From NCBI GenBank assembly GCA_937625935.1, contig OW569369.1, positions 248,001-312,000 on the forward strand: a DNA stretch of 64,000 nt, read 5' to 3'. The DNA comes from Tetramitus jugosus. Its lineage: Eukaryota > Protista > Heterolobosea. Positions 8,901 to 21,593 of the stretch are shown one piece after another. The notes beneath the pieces were generated by a model, which saw nothing but the letters and a program-made list of their open reading frames with translations, was not told where the DNA came from and searched no databases. Position 1 is the stretch's first letter. Each line of letters begins with the position of its first letter. The position numbers and the translations under genes were made by a program.

Positions 8901-11521
8901 TATATCTGAAGACTTATGCTGAGAAAATTCAAGACCTTTATAAGGTTTCACCTTCTAATAGAAAGAATGTAATAGATAAGATAATGTTGGAAATTAGGGA
9001 CATTATATTGACTAACGCAAGACCAGAGTTGGAGCGAGTAACAGATTGTCTCGCGAGAAAGGAAGACCTCAAAGCTCAACAAACTCTGAACATACTAAGA
9101 GGAGTACCACTCATCGGATTAACTTCAACATGTGCAGCGATGAATAGAGCAATACTTCGCAAGCTAGGAGCACCCGTGTATGTCTTTGAAGAAGGTATGT
9201 GGTATCGCTTTTAAATTTTTCATTTTACATTCGACTTACACAATTTAGCTGCCGAGTTGTTGGAATGTCAAATTACTGCAATTATGAACAAAAATATTCA
9301 ACATATTATCATGATTGGAGATGAGAAACAACTCCAACCAAAAGTCAATAGTTATTTCTTACAACAGAAAATGAAATTCAGTATTTCCATGTTTGAACGA
9401 TTAGTGAATAATCATTATGAGCATGAGACTCTGAAAATACAGCAGAGAATGAGACCAGAGGTGTCATCGATCGCTCGATTATTCTATCCATTCTTGATTG
9501 ATCATCCATCTGTTCAGAATCGACAAAGAATTGCAGGTGTTGACACAGATGTTTGCTTCCTAACTCATTCAGAATTGGAAGATAAAGAGATCATGGGTAG
9601 GTCGAAGACGAACTTGTTTGAAGCAGAACTTTCTGCAAAACTTGCAGTCTATCTTCTTCGGCAACCAGAACATCAGGAGAAAGATATCACAATCATTACT
9701 CCCTATAAAGGACAGATGTTTTTGATTCGAGGACTTCTCCAGAAGCGTCAGAGTAAAGTCAGAGTTGTTACAATTGATGATTTTCAAGGAGAAGAAAATA
9801 AGATCATCATTTTGTCTCTTGTCAGATCCAATAACAAAGAAAAGATTGGATTTGTGGGAATTCAAAATCGAATTATTGTTGCTCTTTCAAGAGCAAGAGA
9901 TGGCTTGTATATTATTGGAAATGGAGAGCTTCTGAGTGAGAAGAATGATGATTGGGATAAGGTGGTCAATAGAATGGAGAAACAGAAGTTCATTTCTGAT
10001 CACCTACCTCTATGTTGCTCCAATCATCCTGACACCATCTCTCAGGTGCGTTGTCCATCTGATCTCGACAAAGTCATTCATGGTGGATGCACTCGTCCTT
10101 GTACATATCAATTTGATTGTGGCCATTTATGCATCAGCTTATGTCATCCAGGTGATCACTCAAAGTTAAAGTGTGAAAAAACTTGCAAAAAGCCATTGCC
10201 ATGTGGTCATGATTGTCTCCAGCGTTGTCATCATATGCAAGATTGTGGATTGTGTACGCAGAGGATATCATATACTATCCCAAGATGTGGACACTCAATC
10301 TCTATGAAATGTTCTGATGATAAGAACGTTGCTCGATGTGATAAGATGTGTGGAAAGAAAATGATTTGTGGTCATATTTGTCAAACAAAGTGTTCAGAGT
10401 GTCGCGGATGTGGAAAGTGTAATGTGTTCGTAAAGAGTCCATGCACCACTTGCAACCGCACATACGAACATAAATGTGGTGCCGAGAAGATATGCACCAA
10501 TCCATGCAATCATATCAAAGAGTGTGGTCATCCATGCGGAGGAAGATGTTCTATCGATTGCAAACATGATTTCCCATGCGAGTTCAAGTGTAATAGATCT
10601 CTATTGTGTGGTCATCGGTGTAAAGGAAAGCACCTTTGTTCTCAACCTTGTCCAGATTGTATCGCTCAGTATGTACATTAGTCTCCATGTTTCTAGTTGT
10701 ATTCCTAAACTAACAACCTAAATCTACTCAGCTGTTGTCGACGTTGTTCTCATACCACTTGTCGAAAGAAATGTGGTGATGCGTGTATTTTGTGTCAAGA
10801 GAACTGCACAAATCGATGCATCCACCGAAAGTGCTCAAGAAGTTGCAGTGACCTATGTGATGTCCCGCCTTGCAATGAAAGATGTAGTATGAAAAAGAAG
10901 TGTGGACATCAATGTAATGGATTGTGTGGTGAGTTGTGTCCAACGACTTGCATCGAATGTGACTCAAACAAGCCAGAGAATGAACAATGGCAATGCTCCA
11001 TTATGTTGCTAAAATCGTGCGACATGGAGAAGGACGACCTATTGTATCGATTGTCATGTGGTCATGAGTTTAGTTTGGATGGCATAGACGGTCACATGAG
11101 AACAGAGTCCACGAACGAGAATAGAACTGCGATAAAGCACAAAACTTGTCCAAACTGTTCCAAGAACATAGTTCAAAGTAACAGATATCAAGATGTTATC
11201 AAAGAGAACTTGGCTCGAGTCGAACAAGTGAAGAGTGCTGTAATCAAGGCAAGAAAAGAACAAGAGCGAAGAGTCATGACAGATGTGATCCGAATTGTGA
11301 CACGAAATGAAGTGAACAATCAAGGTGGACATTGGTTCTTGTGTCCCAATGGTCATCCATACATGATCGCTGACTGTGGTGGAGCAATGGTGGAGAGCAA
11401 GTGCCCTGATTGTGGTGAACAAGTTGGTGGCAGTCAACACAAACTTCTTGCCACCAACTCTATTGCGACCAACATTGAAAACAATGATCAACCTTCTTGG
11501 CCCACCATGCTCAATAGATAG
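5903..11521 (+). CDS. ZNFX1: ZNFX1-like SF1 (UPF1-like) helicase with NF-X1 zinc fingers, a RING-like finger and a C-terminal RZ finger (introns 7961-8053, 9195-9248, 10669-10731)
   Basis: YLSTHFNLLKEEFVEPLRAGL; IIQGPPGCGK|T; CYTNHALDQLL; EE|AAE; IGDEKQLQP; TIDDFQGEE; NRIIVALSRARDG; CGH repeats; WFLCPNGHPYMIADCGGAMVESKCPDCGEQVGGSQH. Splices restore the frame. Confidence 0.92.
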
Positions 11522-11693
11522 ACCCATGTAAATAATGAACTTAGTAAAATTATCCCAACCCTAAAATGAACTTGTCCATGATGATGAGCTCATTCCATTT
11601 TCTTCGGAAGATCTGCTGTTCCGCAACTGGACTGCACAGAACTGAACCAGACAGTTCTTGACGAAACTTTTCTTTGTCAACCAAAAAAACAAG

Positions 11694-12602
11694 ATGATAT
11701 TCCTATTGATTGCTGGTGGTTGCTACTTGGCCTATAAACTTGTCAAGTCTCCAATTCAAACATTCAAGGACACTCAAGATTCCCAGTATCAAGACAAGAG
11801 AGTAGTTCGACTGTATCAGCCAACCAATGGATATCACTTGAACCATGGCAGTCTCTCACCCTTTTGTCTCAAGTTGGAAGCCTTCTTGAAGTTTGCTCAG
11901 ATTCCCTACGAGTCCATTAACAAAATGGGTCAGAATTCACCTACGGGAAAAGTTCCATACATTGAACATGATGGACAGTTGATTGCGGACTCATCCGATA
12001 TTATTCAATACTTGGAGAATTGTTTGGTGGAATCTCAGGGATTGTTGTCCAATCGTTCCATTGGACAAACCTATTTGCCTACGAGTCAATTGTCAAAGGA
12101 CCAAGTGTCACGCGGTCACTTGCTACAAATGACACTGGAGAATCATTTTTATTTCGTTATCGTGTATCAGAGGTGGTTGCATAACGAAGAGAACTATCAG
12201 CTTTATTCCGGTATTCTCTTTGAGAATGCGTCTGTTGTTCGTTGGGCTGCCCAAAAACCATTCAAGAACTACTTGAAGGGAATGTTGTGGAATCAAGTGT
12301 ATTCGCAGGGTATTGCCAGGCACTCGATTGAAAAGATTGTGCAGGCAGGTTATGCTGATTTGGATGCGATAGCTTCTATGGTCCCCACTGATCAAAAGTA
12401 CCTCTTCTCGGACACATTGCTGACTAGCTATGATGCCACTCTTTACGGTTTCCTTTGTAATACAATCTATGGCCCAAATTTGAAGGACGACCTGGGTATC
12501 AAGAAGTATATCGGAGACAACCATCCTCATTTAATTGATTATGTCGAGAGAATTAGAGATGAATATTTTAGTCGACCTACACCTGGCAATACAACCGAAT
12601 AA
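11694..12602 (+). CDS. Failed-axon-connections/metaxin-like GST-fold protein with an N-terminal membrane anchor
   Basis: SLSPFCLKLEAFLKFAQIPYE, SPTGKVPYIEHDGQLIADSSDIIQYL, YDATLYGFL, LIDYVERIRDEYF. Confidence 0.85.
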   Translation: MIFLLIAGGCYLAYKLVKSPIQTFKDTQDSQYQDKRVVRLYQPTNGYHLNHGSLSPFCLKLEAFLKFAQIPYESINKMGQNSPTGKVPYIEHDGQLIADSSDIIQYLENCLVESQGLLSNRSIGQTYLPTSQLSKDQVSRGHLLQMTLENHFYFVIVYQRWLHNEENYQLYSGILFENASVVRWAAQKPFKNYLKGMLWNQVYSQGIARHSIEKIVQAGYADLDAIASMVPTDQKYLFSDTLLTSYDATLYGFLCNTIYGPNLKDDLGIKKYIGDNHPHLIDYVERIRDEYFSRPTPGNTTE

Positions 12603-12756
12603 AAACGTCGATGGTGTAATCAATTGCAGAGATTTATTAATTTTAATTCTCAGTTCAATTGAGCGTTCCATGTGTTCACGTGTGGCACACTTGGGGCTTT
12701 GAACCCTTCAGAATGATTCTCCCGAAGCACTAATGCTGGCAAGGCTTCTTCATTCT

Positions 12757-15153
12757 CTATTTCGTGGGCAAACGTTCAGCAAACTCCTTCATCATTTGTT
12801 GTGCTTCCTCTTCCGTCATGTCACCATTCTTTAGCTGATCCATCTTTGCCAAAATATCAAGCAAATCTTCCGGATTGTCCTGATGCTCTGCTGTGGGTGC
12901 ACCTGAATCTCGTTGATCCCTTATGCCCATCTTGATCATTGCTCTCAAAATTCCCTCTGAGCTCACATCGCTTCCAATTCCTAGCTTCTTTCTCTCACTC
13001 AGTGGCATGAATGCAGATAATTCGGACATTGTCGAGAGTAACCGAGAAAAATCGCTCTCAGATTCTTGAATCAATTTTGAATATGTTGGATCCTGCTTAA
13101 ATGCCGAGTCATAGGATTCGAACTCCTGCATTGGAACACCTCGAGACAATTCGTCAGCAAAGTCTCGATGTATTTCCTCTGTTTGATGATGCCTGGCATA
13201 TTCTGTCATGTACTCTCTTATAAACTCATCTGGATCGATACCGAACAGTATCATACCCTTCACGAGATCAGAGTCATCATCTTCATCAATGACCATCTCT
13301 TGCAGTTTCTGACAAAAATCGGTCCATTGTGCTGGCTTCTTCTTCTTCATTTCTTGCAGTGACCCTCTATATCCCAACTCTTCAGCCAGATTGTGCATGT
13401 ACTCTACCAGTCGAGGAATATCCTGATGGTCAACCGAGGAAACAATATTTTGTATTCTTTCACTTTGTACCTCTCGAACTAGCGACTCATACTTTTCCAG
13501 CTCTGCCTCTTGTGCCTTCATCATGTCCTCATTCATCTTTGCCACTTCCTTATCGGCCATCTCAGAAGCATCTCCCTTTTCAAAGAGCGATGGAATGACT
13601 TTGGTTTCTGTTTCGACAGTGACCCTACGATTCACTCTTCCCTTTTGTTCATCGTACGCAAATGTGTATTTGATGTCACCAGCCTTCTGTATGACCTCAT
13701 CTGATCCCGTCTCATCAATATAGGACAACCCAGATACCTCGGTAAACAGCTTGTTCTTTCGGAGGCGATTGAATGCGTCCAGTGTTGGTAACTTTTCCAG
13801 AGTCATCTTTCTTTGCATGTCCGAGAGCTCAAACTTCTTCCCGAGCATCTCTTCTTGCTTTGCACCATCGTCAAACGCATACAGACACATATCAATCAAA
13901 TCATTTTTGTCTTTGACTGTTAATCGATCTCTCATTGGATCAAGATCGATGGAAGTTCTCGTCTCATACTCAAAGTCCTTTAATGCATCAATTGCCTCAT
14001 CGCTAACATTGAATTGAACAAAGCGAATATTCGGATCATAGAAATCTTCGTCGTCATCCGCTTCTTCCTCATCAAACGTGTCTTGTCGATCCATGAACAT
14101 GTCTTGTTCCTGCTCCGTTGCGTCATCAACCTCCACCTCTGTTGTTGCTTGTTTTTTGACTGCTTTTCCCTTCTTGCTTCTGCCCGTTGTCGAAGCTGTC
14201 CTTGTTGCCTCCAATGATTTAAACAGTGAAGGACTCGATGAGTCCTCATCAAAATACGGAGAATCAATCCGATTCAAATTCTCCTGAGCTTCACTCAAAT
14301 CATCATCCATATCATCACCCATTCGATTCGGCATTGCCTCTCTCTTCCACTTTCTCGCATGCTCCAACGAATTCAACTGTTCAAACTCTGCGTCACTCTC
14401 CTTACCAAGTGCATTCTTGAGAATGAGTTGTGCTCGAGACAACACTTCTTCCAATGAAGGCAACGGAGGCTCCGTTGAAATCTCATCCAACTGGAAGGCA
14501 TCATCAATGACACTACCCATATCATCATCATCTTCACCAATACCACCGGCATCTCGTTCAGCACCACCAAAATCATCATCATTTCCATCCAACAATGGTT
14601 CTTCATTTGAAAAATAATCGTCTTCTTGATCCATTTTCAACAGTCCTTCACTGACAAACGTCTTATAGTAACCATCGGCCTTCTTATCAAACGTATAGCC
14701 ATGTTTCTTTAGTTCCTGTGATTTTCCTTGTTGCGCAAACCGTAAAAATTTGAGCATTTTGTCTTCTTCTTCACGTGAAATGTTCAATTTGGTTTTGGCT
14801 TTGCCTTCGAATTGAGATTTTCGTTCTTCGTGTGTCACAGTGTTGAATATTGAATCTCCTTCTTCTGCTTCTTCACCACCATTTTCAATATCACCGTCAT
14901 TTTTTTCTTGCTTGTTTTTAGAGGTGAATTTTGAGAGTGAAAATGATTTGTAATTCTTGTTGGTGGCAAATGGTCGATGGATGATGAGTGACAGTGGTGA
15001 AATATGATTATTATGACTATGATTCATGAGAAGAGATGGTGATGAAATGACTCGTAAATGAGTAGTGGTGGATGATGGAAGTGTGTGGAAAATGTGACGA
15101 CGACCATAGTGATGATGGGGAAGGCGGCATGATGAGAGTTTCCGTGATATCAT
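12757..15153 (-). CDS. Unknown acidic protein, about 798 aa, with a mitochondrial-presequence-like N-terminus
   Basis: Long uninterrupted ORF. The R/S/H-rich, acid-free N-terminus ends ...HRPFAT; the body is D/E-rich. No family recognised. Confidence 0.7.
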   Translation of the reverse strand: MISRKLSSCRLPHHHYGRRHIFHTLPSSTTTHLRVISSPSLLMNHSHNNHISPLSLIIHRPFATNKNYKSFSLSKFTSKNKQEKNDGDIENGGEEAEEGDSIFNTVTHEERKSQFEGKAKTKLNISREEEDKMLKFLRFAQQGKSQELKKHGYTFDKKADGYYKTFVSEGLLKMDQEDDYFSNEEPLLDGNDDDFGGAERDAGGIGEDDDDMGSVIDDAFQLDEISTEPPLPSLEEVLSRAQLILKNALGKESDAEFEQLNSLEHARKWKREAMPNRMGDDMDDDLSEAQENLNRIDSPYFDEDSSSPSLFKSLEATRTASTTGRSKKGKAVKKQATTEVEVDDATEQEQDMFMDRQDTFDEEEADDDEDFYDPNIRFVQFNVSDEAIDALKDFEYETRTSIDLDPMRDRLTVKDKNDLIDMCLYAFDDGAKQEEMLGKKFELSDMQRKMTLEKLPTLDAFNRLRKNKLFTEVSGLSYIDETGSDEVIQKAGDIKYTFAYDEQKGRVNRRVTVETETKVIPSLFEKGDASEMADKEVAKMNEDMMKAQEAELEKYESLVREVQSERIQNIVSSVDHQDIPRLVEYMHNLAEELGYRGSLQEMKKKKPAQWTDFCQKLQEMVIDEDDDSDLVKGMILFGIDPDEFIREYMTEYARHHQTEEIHRDFADELSRGVPMQEFESYDSAFKQDPTYSKLIQESESDFSRLLSTMSELSAFMPLSERKKLGIGSDVSSEGILRAMIKMGIRDQRDSGAPTAEHQDNPEDLLDILAKMDQLKNGDMTEEEAQQMMKEFAERLPTK

Positions 15154-15407
15154 CTTTTTTTTTGTCTCGTGAAAGTGTGATTTGTGGTCGGTACTAGTGT
15201 GTTTGTTGTTGTTCGAGTATTGATGCAAATCTCTCAGTTGTGTATGTTGTTGGATAAAATTTCACACAGAGAGAAAAAACTTTCATTTTTCTTCCGCACG
15301 AAGAAAATTGAACCTCTCCAACTTCAAGCGGAACATTATGCACAAAACTGCGATTCCGACCCAAAAAAAACAAAAGCAAGCCCCACCAGCGACAATCCTA
15401 TTTGATC

Positions 15408-16925
15408 ATGTCTCAACCACCACCCAACAACAACATCCCTAACAACCCAAATACTCCAAACAATGCCATACCTAACCCCAACAACCCAAATCCTAATAAT
15501 AATTACATGATCAATCAAAATGCCATGGCCAATCTCATGATGACCAATCCCACTGTATACATGGCCTACCTCAATCAATTCTACGCTCAACAACAACAAC
15601 AACAACAACAACAGCAACAACAGCAATTACAGAGAAATAATGCATTCATGATTGCTTCACCCAACACTCCTTCCACTCCCCTCAACATGAACACTACTAC
15701 TAACAATAGTAGTATGACTTCACTGTTTTTGAATACGCCACCACCATCACAACAACAACAATCACAACAATCAACTTCTCCACATACGCCCATGATGCGA
15801 ATGATGATGTCAAATACTCCGACTGGAACACCACAATCAACAACAACAACAGCAGCTTCTTCTGTTTCACCCATGATGATGAACTATGCTACAAATCAAC
15901 AACAAGCACATTATTTGCAACCAACCATAACAACACCATCTACTCCAACAACAACAACAACAACAACTCTATCCAATACGAATAATCCAAATAATATGAT
16001 GATGATGATGATGTCAGCCAACAATAATCGAACGCCCATGACACCAAATACTCCGACCTACCATCACACTACGAATACTCCGACTACTGCTACTGCTACT
16101 ACTACGAATACTCCAATGATGATGAAACAGAATCAACAACAACAACAACGTATATCAATGATGGTGACACCACCACCACCATTATCATCACAACAATCAC
16201 AAGTACCTGGATCTGGATCATTGAAGAGAAATCGATTGACAATGTCTCTCATGAAGCATAACACACTTCAGCATGATAAAGAAGAAGTAGGTGATGAAGA
16301 TGAAGACGATGATGATGATGATGATAATGAGAATGATAATGATGAAAACGAGGAAGATGAGGAAGAAGGTGGTAGCAGTGGAAATGATGAAACCAATGGG
16401 AAAAGAAGACGTCGAGGAACTTTGAAAAAACGAAAAATTTCATCATCGACTTTGAGCAAGAAACGAAAACAACATGTGTCTGATGATGATGATGGCGATG
16501 ACGATGACGAGAATGAGAATGAAAATGGCTCATCCAGACCATCAAGATCATCCAGTGGTAAATCGAGTAAATCAAAAAAATCATCGCATCATTCCGTGGC
16601 ACAGCACAAGAAGGGTTCACTTGCAGAGACGATTGCAAAGTTAATGTATGGATTTGGTGATGTGAGGAATCCGTTGCAAGAAACAGTGGATCTCATGGAA
16701 GAGTTATCTGTCGATTATATTCATGAGTTGATTGCAAAAGCAATGCAAGCGTCAAAGCATGGTAAATTATCGGTGGAGGACGTGTTGTTTGTGCTGCGAC
16801 ATGACAAGAAGAAAACTGCGAGAGCACACGAGTTGTTGAGAGCAGCAGAAGAGAAGGCTAGAATCTTGAGACGAATGGAACCGAATACGAACAAGGACGG
16901 CGACGAACAAGATTACTTGGACTAG
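15408..16925 (+). CDS. TAF13: TFIID subunit 13 with a long Q/N/T/M low-complexity N-terminal extension
   Basis: C-terminal histone fold LMYGFGDVRNPLQETVDLMEELSVDYIHEL...KLSVEDVLFVLRHDKKK. Confidence 0.9.
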   Translation: MSQPPPNNNIPNNPNTPNNAIPNPNNPNPNNNYMINQNAMANLMMTNPTVYMAYLNQFYAQQQQQQQQQQQQQLQRNNAFMIASPNTPSTPLNMNTTTNNSSMTSLFLNTPPPSQQQQSQQSTSPHTPMMRMMMSNTPTGTPQSTTTTAASSVSPMMMNYATNQQQAHYLQPTITTPSTPTTTTTTTLSNTNNPNNMMMMMMSANNNRTPMTPNTPTYHHTTNTPTTATATTTNTPMMMKQNQQQQQRISMMVTPPPPLSSQQSQVPGSGSLKRNRLTMSLMKHNTLQHDKEEVGDEDEDDDDDDDNENDNDENEEDEEEGGSSGNDETNGKRRRRGTLKKRKISSSTLSKKRKQHVSDDDDGDDDDENENENGSSRPSRSSSGKSSKSKKSSHHSVAQHKKGSLAETIAKLMYGFGDVRNPLQETVDLMEELSVDYIHELIAKAMQASKHGKLSVEDVLFVLRHDKKKTARAHELLRAAEEKARILRRMEPNTNKDGDEQDYLD

Positions 16926-16969
16926 CCAACATATCTCAATAAAACAGTGTAAAAAAGTATGAAAGTGTT

Positions 16970-19900
16970 TTATCCTCGTAGGTTGCGCATTCCAATATCT
17001 TGAAGTGCCGTCTCTGCTTTGTGCAGCACTGATAGTACTTCTTCTCTGTCTTGGTTGCCCAATTGATTGGCTTCGTGATGATATGCTGCCAACAATTGGA
17101 AATAATGAGGACCACCATTCACATCACCTCCTCCAATGGACTTTACGCACTCCAATAGAGCTTCAGCCATCTCTTTCAGCATTTGTGGATTGTGATACGT
17201 GACTTCCTTGTTGTAAATGTTGTCTAGAGCATCTAATATCATGCGAGGATGAACACCAGACAACACACTTACGATATGCTCGACACCGTCACTCAAGAGT
17301 TGTTGGCAAATAGTCTCAGCAGGGAACAAGATCGGGCGCAAATCTCCTGGCAGGTCATTTGCTCTTCGGCAAAGGTCTTTGAGATCGTTCAACTTGCGCT
17401 CCTCACTCAATTTCGTTTGCAGGAACATGTTCCACCAATACATAGCACAACCTTGATCATCGCATTCTGATACCATGAGGCAGAGCAAGCAAGATTTGGC
17501 AAGGTGGAGTCGGGCTGCAATCTTATAAATCTGCGTCACATCCAACAGTTCCGTGTTAAGACGATTGAGATCAGAGTCTCCTTGATACTTGTCACGAACT
17601 TCATCTCGTACAATGTTTTGTACTCGGACTACATCTAACAGTTCTGAAATCTTTGCATGGAAACGTGCTTCAGAGCGACTCAGTGTCGCAGCCTTGGTTA
17701 GATAGTCAGCCTTCTTTTCTATTGGAACTTCTGGCGCTTGTGCACTTTCAACAAGACTCATAAATGCCTTTTGTGTTTCACCATTGAAAGCGAAATAATC
17801 AGCCCGCAGTTCGTGCAGTTGATGTTTTCTCAAATAAGGCTCCATGAACAGGGTCTTGTGCTGGAACAGATCTGGCAGCATACCCTTCTTGTTGTAATAT
17901 TGATAGAGACAAACATGCAATAATTCATCCCTTGACGCAAGAATCCGCTCCATAACATTCTTTCTTTCTGCTTCTCTCTCCTGTGTGGTCTGTGGAGATG
18001 CCTTTAATCGAATGGTTGGTTCATATCTTGGAACCCTTGGTCCCGGCTCTGACATCAGTTCATCTAACGCCGCGATCGCACAATTATACAACTTCTGTCT
18101 CTTTACCCAAAACGCGTAAGCACTATCCTTCTGTTCATAATAGTACTCGAGCGCCAAATTGAGTGGATCAACTCTCGATACAGCTGCAAGAACAAATTCA
18201 AGAACACCAGTATAGAATTGAACGTCCATAAATGTGCGGCAAACTTTCTCCACGTCAACAGAGCCAGATATCGAAATGTACTTCTCGAGTGCACTCATCA
18301 AGTACTGCTTCCTATTCGATGTGTTCTTGAGAGCTGTGTTGATATCTACGATTGCAGAGAGCTCGGTTAATTTAGTTTGATCGAACAAGGCTGTGCATAA
18401 CTCTAACTTGTTCTGAATCGTTGGAAGGAGATCAGGTTGATATGTGACGATAGAGTAAATGACATCTAATAATTCTTTCTTTCCTTCCTGTGTCACTACA
18501 AAGTGTTCGAATGGTTTGGTTGTCAGCAGAGCAGGGAATTGTTGAGAGCTGGAAAGAGTGTCCATTAGGGACATGAATCTCAGTCCATCTAGAGTCCTAC
18601 TGATCACTTCCAATAATGAATCGAGTGGAGAGGTGTCAGTCGAGAGAGCCTTGTTGAACTGGACATATTCGGATAAAAATTGATAGAACTCTGTCAGTTT
18701 GTCCACCAAGAAGTCAACAAGTGTGGGAGAAAGTTGAGCCCGTTTTTGTTGTCCTTCTTCTCTCATAAATGGGGAGGTCCAAAACATCCGAACAATTGTA
18801 GCAAAATATATCGTGAATGCTCTTCGAATTGCATCAGATGATTTTAGATATTGAGAGATCAAAGTTGATTTGTCAGCCATACTAGATGATCGCTGAATGA
18901 TTGCGGCAATAAATTTCGCTTGTTCTTCATCTCCAAATCTTCCAAGCAACTCACCAAGTGTTGCTCCATCCGTATCCAACAAATCTGCAATGATGTCGAC
19001 ATGTCTACGCTTGGTCAAAACAGCTATACCTCCTGTTGTCAAACAGATGAACCGACGAACTTGGTTATCAAGTAGAGCACCTGCTTGATACTCTGGCTTT
19101 GCCTCAGCGATCGCCAAAATCTTTGAATCTGTATCGAACACTCCTCCCAGTCGCAATCTACACACAAGTCGTCTGGGTTAGTTGGATTGCACCAACATAA
19201 AAAACATTATATACCTTCAGTAACATACCTTTGATTCTGGCCTGCACGTTCATAGGACACACAAACAATTTGCTCCACATTTTGAACAGAATAGTTGATT
19301 ACTTTGTTCGCACTAGCAGCCATAATGGACAAGCCATCCTTAAAATAAGATTGATGATACGCACCATCAATGTTGCATCTTTGAATCTTTGACAACACCA
19401 AGTGTCCAGCCTCATTCAATGTAAACATGAGCAAATGACCTTGATTGGTTGTAGCAGACAATAACACGTTCCGACCATCAGCAACACTCACTGTTGCAAT
19501 CGAAATGATTCTAGTGGAAGTGTCAACTGGATACTTGAGTGCACGAAGATCCGTCTCGAATGAAGTATAGGAAGGAGCCTTTGCTACCGTATATCGTTGA
19601 CCCTCTAAATTATACATTTCAATCGTAGAATCATTGAACAATGCAAATAGAACAGTGTCCTCATCACCAACCACAATATCTATCATTGATACTTCGCTTC
19701 CATACCTGTTCAATAAAAAGGACAACAACAATAAAAGGTGTCAATCAATCAATCACAGACCAAAAACAGAGATGATCAACAATAGCAACACTCACTTTAA
19801 GAATGAAGGCACCACAAAGGACCGTATTAAGCTTCGTGAATGATTAATCAATCGATTTCTCTCGGTCAACAATCCACTCTCCATCTCCAATCCAATTTCA

Positions 19901-20604
19901 TAGAGACAACCATCGACACCAGCCAAAAATATTCTTCCTCTGATTGTGCCGACAATTTTCAACATGTCTACGCCACCTGTCAAAAAACGATACTTGGTGG
20001 GTCTAATCTCCAACAATGGACTGTTGTTGTCTGCCAAATTCGAAATTTCATAGAGAAAAACAGTGGTAGGCGTCGCCACAACCAACAAATACTTGACATC
20101 ATTCGTAAAAATGTCTCTGTTTGGATTGACGAGTGCTACACTCACAATCACTTGATCCAACTCGTCAAAAATTTGAATTTGACGATTCAAAACATAGTTC
20201 CACAAGTACAGCTTGTTATCAATTATGATCCATGCAGTGTTAATCTCTGCAAACAATCCCATATCACACTTGTATTGTATCCCTATAAAGAAACAACAAA
20301 AAAAGAGCATTGTTGAGTCAATTGAATGTGTCATTCTTGTGTTGTTGTTGACATCATGACACGAAAACAACAAAAAGTATGTTGGGCTCTACTTACGATT
20401 GTATTCGCTCACCATTGCACTTGGTAGAGCTATTACTTGACTCAAGCTAAACATCAAGTCAGTAGGAATGCGCTCAGAAGTCACCACATTTTCATAATTT
20501 AATTTTTTGATGGATTCAAGGTTAATTGCATCGACGACTTTATTGATCTCGACTCTTTCTCTGGCGATCTCTACTTCTTCATTTCGTCGTGACGTTGCGT
20601 TCAT
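16970..20604 (-). CDS. NUP155: Nucleoporin Nup155/Nup170 family (4 exons)
   Basis: MGLFAEINTAWIIIDNKLYLWNY, GRIFLAGVDGCLYEI, QFYTGVLEFVL, SRDELLHVCLYQY; ORF pieces are separated by GT-AG introns. Confidence 0.88.
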
Positions 20605-20752
20605 TTTTTTTAGAAAGGGTGTTGCTTGTTGTTTGTGTGGAAGGGCGGGATTATTATTTTTTGGTGGGAAATTATCATTTCAAAAATTCATCGTTCTTTT
20701 TGAACAAAAGTTTCTTTCTTGATCATCTCCGCCGCCACATACGAAACGAAAA

Positions 20753-21459
20753 ATGTCTTCATCATCGAAAAAGACGTTGATACAGGATGCTTCCTCACAG
20801 AATGTTCTGCCAAAGGATGCCATCATCATTGAAAAGATTTTGGCAAGTATGGGCATTCGAGAATATGAGCCTCGTTTGATTGAAATGTTTTTGGAGCTTA
20901 TTCATCGTAAGTCATGACGTCAAAGGATCACAGCATCTTTTACTTTTGTTCTATAGTCTAACTTATGAAATTTTATTAAACTTCTCATCAACGTGTGATT
21001 TTTGTCGTCTCCAAAGGTTATGTGAGTGATGTGTTTGGTGATGCCGGCACATTTATGAGACATGCCGGTAGACAAGACTTGGATTTGGAGGATGTGCGGT
21101 TGGCGATCCAATCCCGCGTCAATTATTCATTTACAGAGCCGCCACCAATCGAAGTATGTTAAAAAGCTTTTATGTGTCGTGTTTTTTTTGTCGTTGAGAG
21201 CTTTATATCATGTTATAAACAAGCAGCTTTGCTCACACATGATGATCTGGTGTAGTTCTTGTTGGATATTGCCAATAAGAAGAATTCTGAAAATTTTGGT
21301 TTCATTCCTGAGAAACCAGGAGTGCTTTTGCCACCGCCTCATCACTGCCTAACAGAAGTCAATTATCAGTTGCAGACACGAAAGCAACAACTAGAAGAGG
21401 AAGAGAACCAAATGGAGATTGAAGAACATCCTCACAAGAGACCACGTCATGTACTATAA
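20753..21459 (+). CDS. TAF9: TFIID subunit 9 (3 exons; introns about 20907-21016 and 21154-21255)
   Basis: LPKDAIIIEKILASMGIREYEPRL, DVRLAIQSRVNYSFTEPPP, FLLDIANKKN...GVLLPPPHHCLTEVNYQL. Confidence 0.9.
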
Positions 21460-21593
21460 CTTATTAAACTCACGCACATTTATTCAAATTCTTCTGAACA
21501 TGGCATGCCAAATTGTTCGCCGTTGTGCTTGAACTTTTCCAAGCTTCCGTCAAAAAACAAAGCTACAAGATCCACCACAACTCTTTGCATCAG

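Noticed and set aside
11578-11650. ATGATGA...CTGA as a C/D snoRNA
   Set aside because: No convincing terminal stem, C'/D' boxes or recognisable rRNA guide.
15590-16520. CAA/GAT microsatellite-like tracts (also at 32800-33400, 62900-63020 and elsewhere)
   Set aside because: They are coding polyQ/T/D tracts or UTR low-complexity sequence, common throughout the window.
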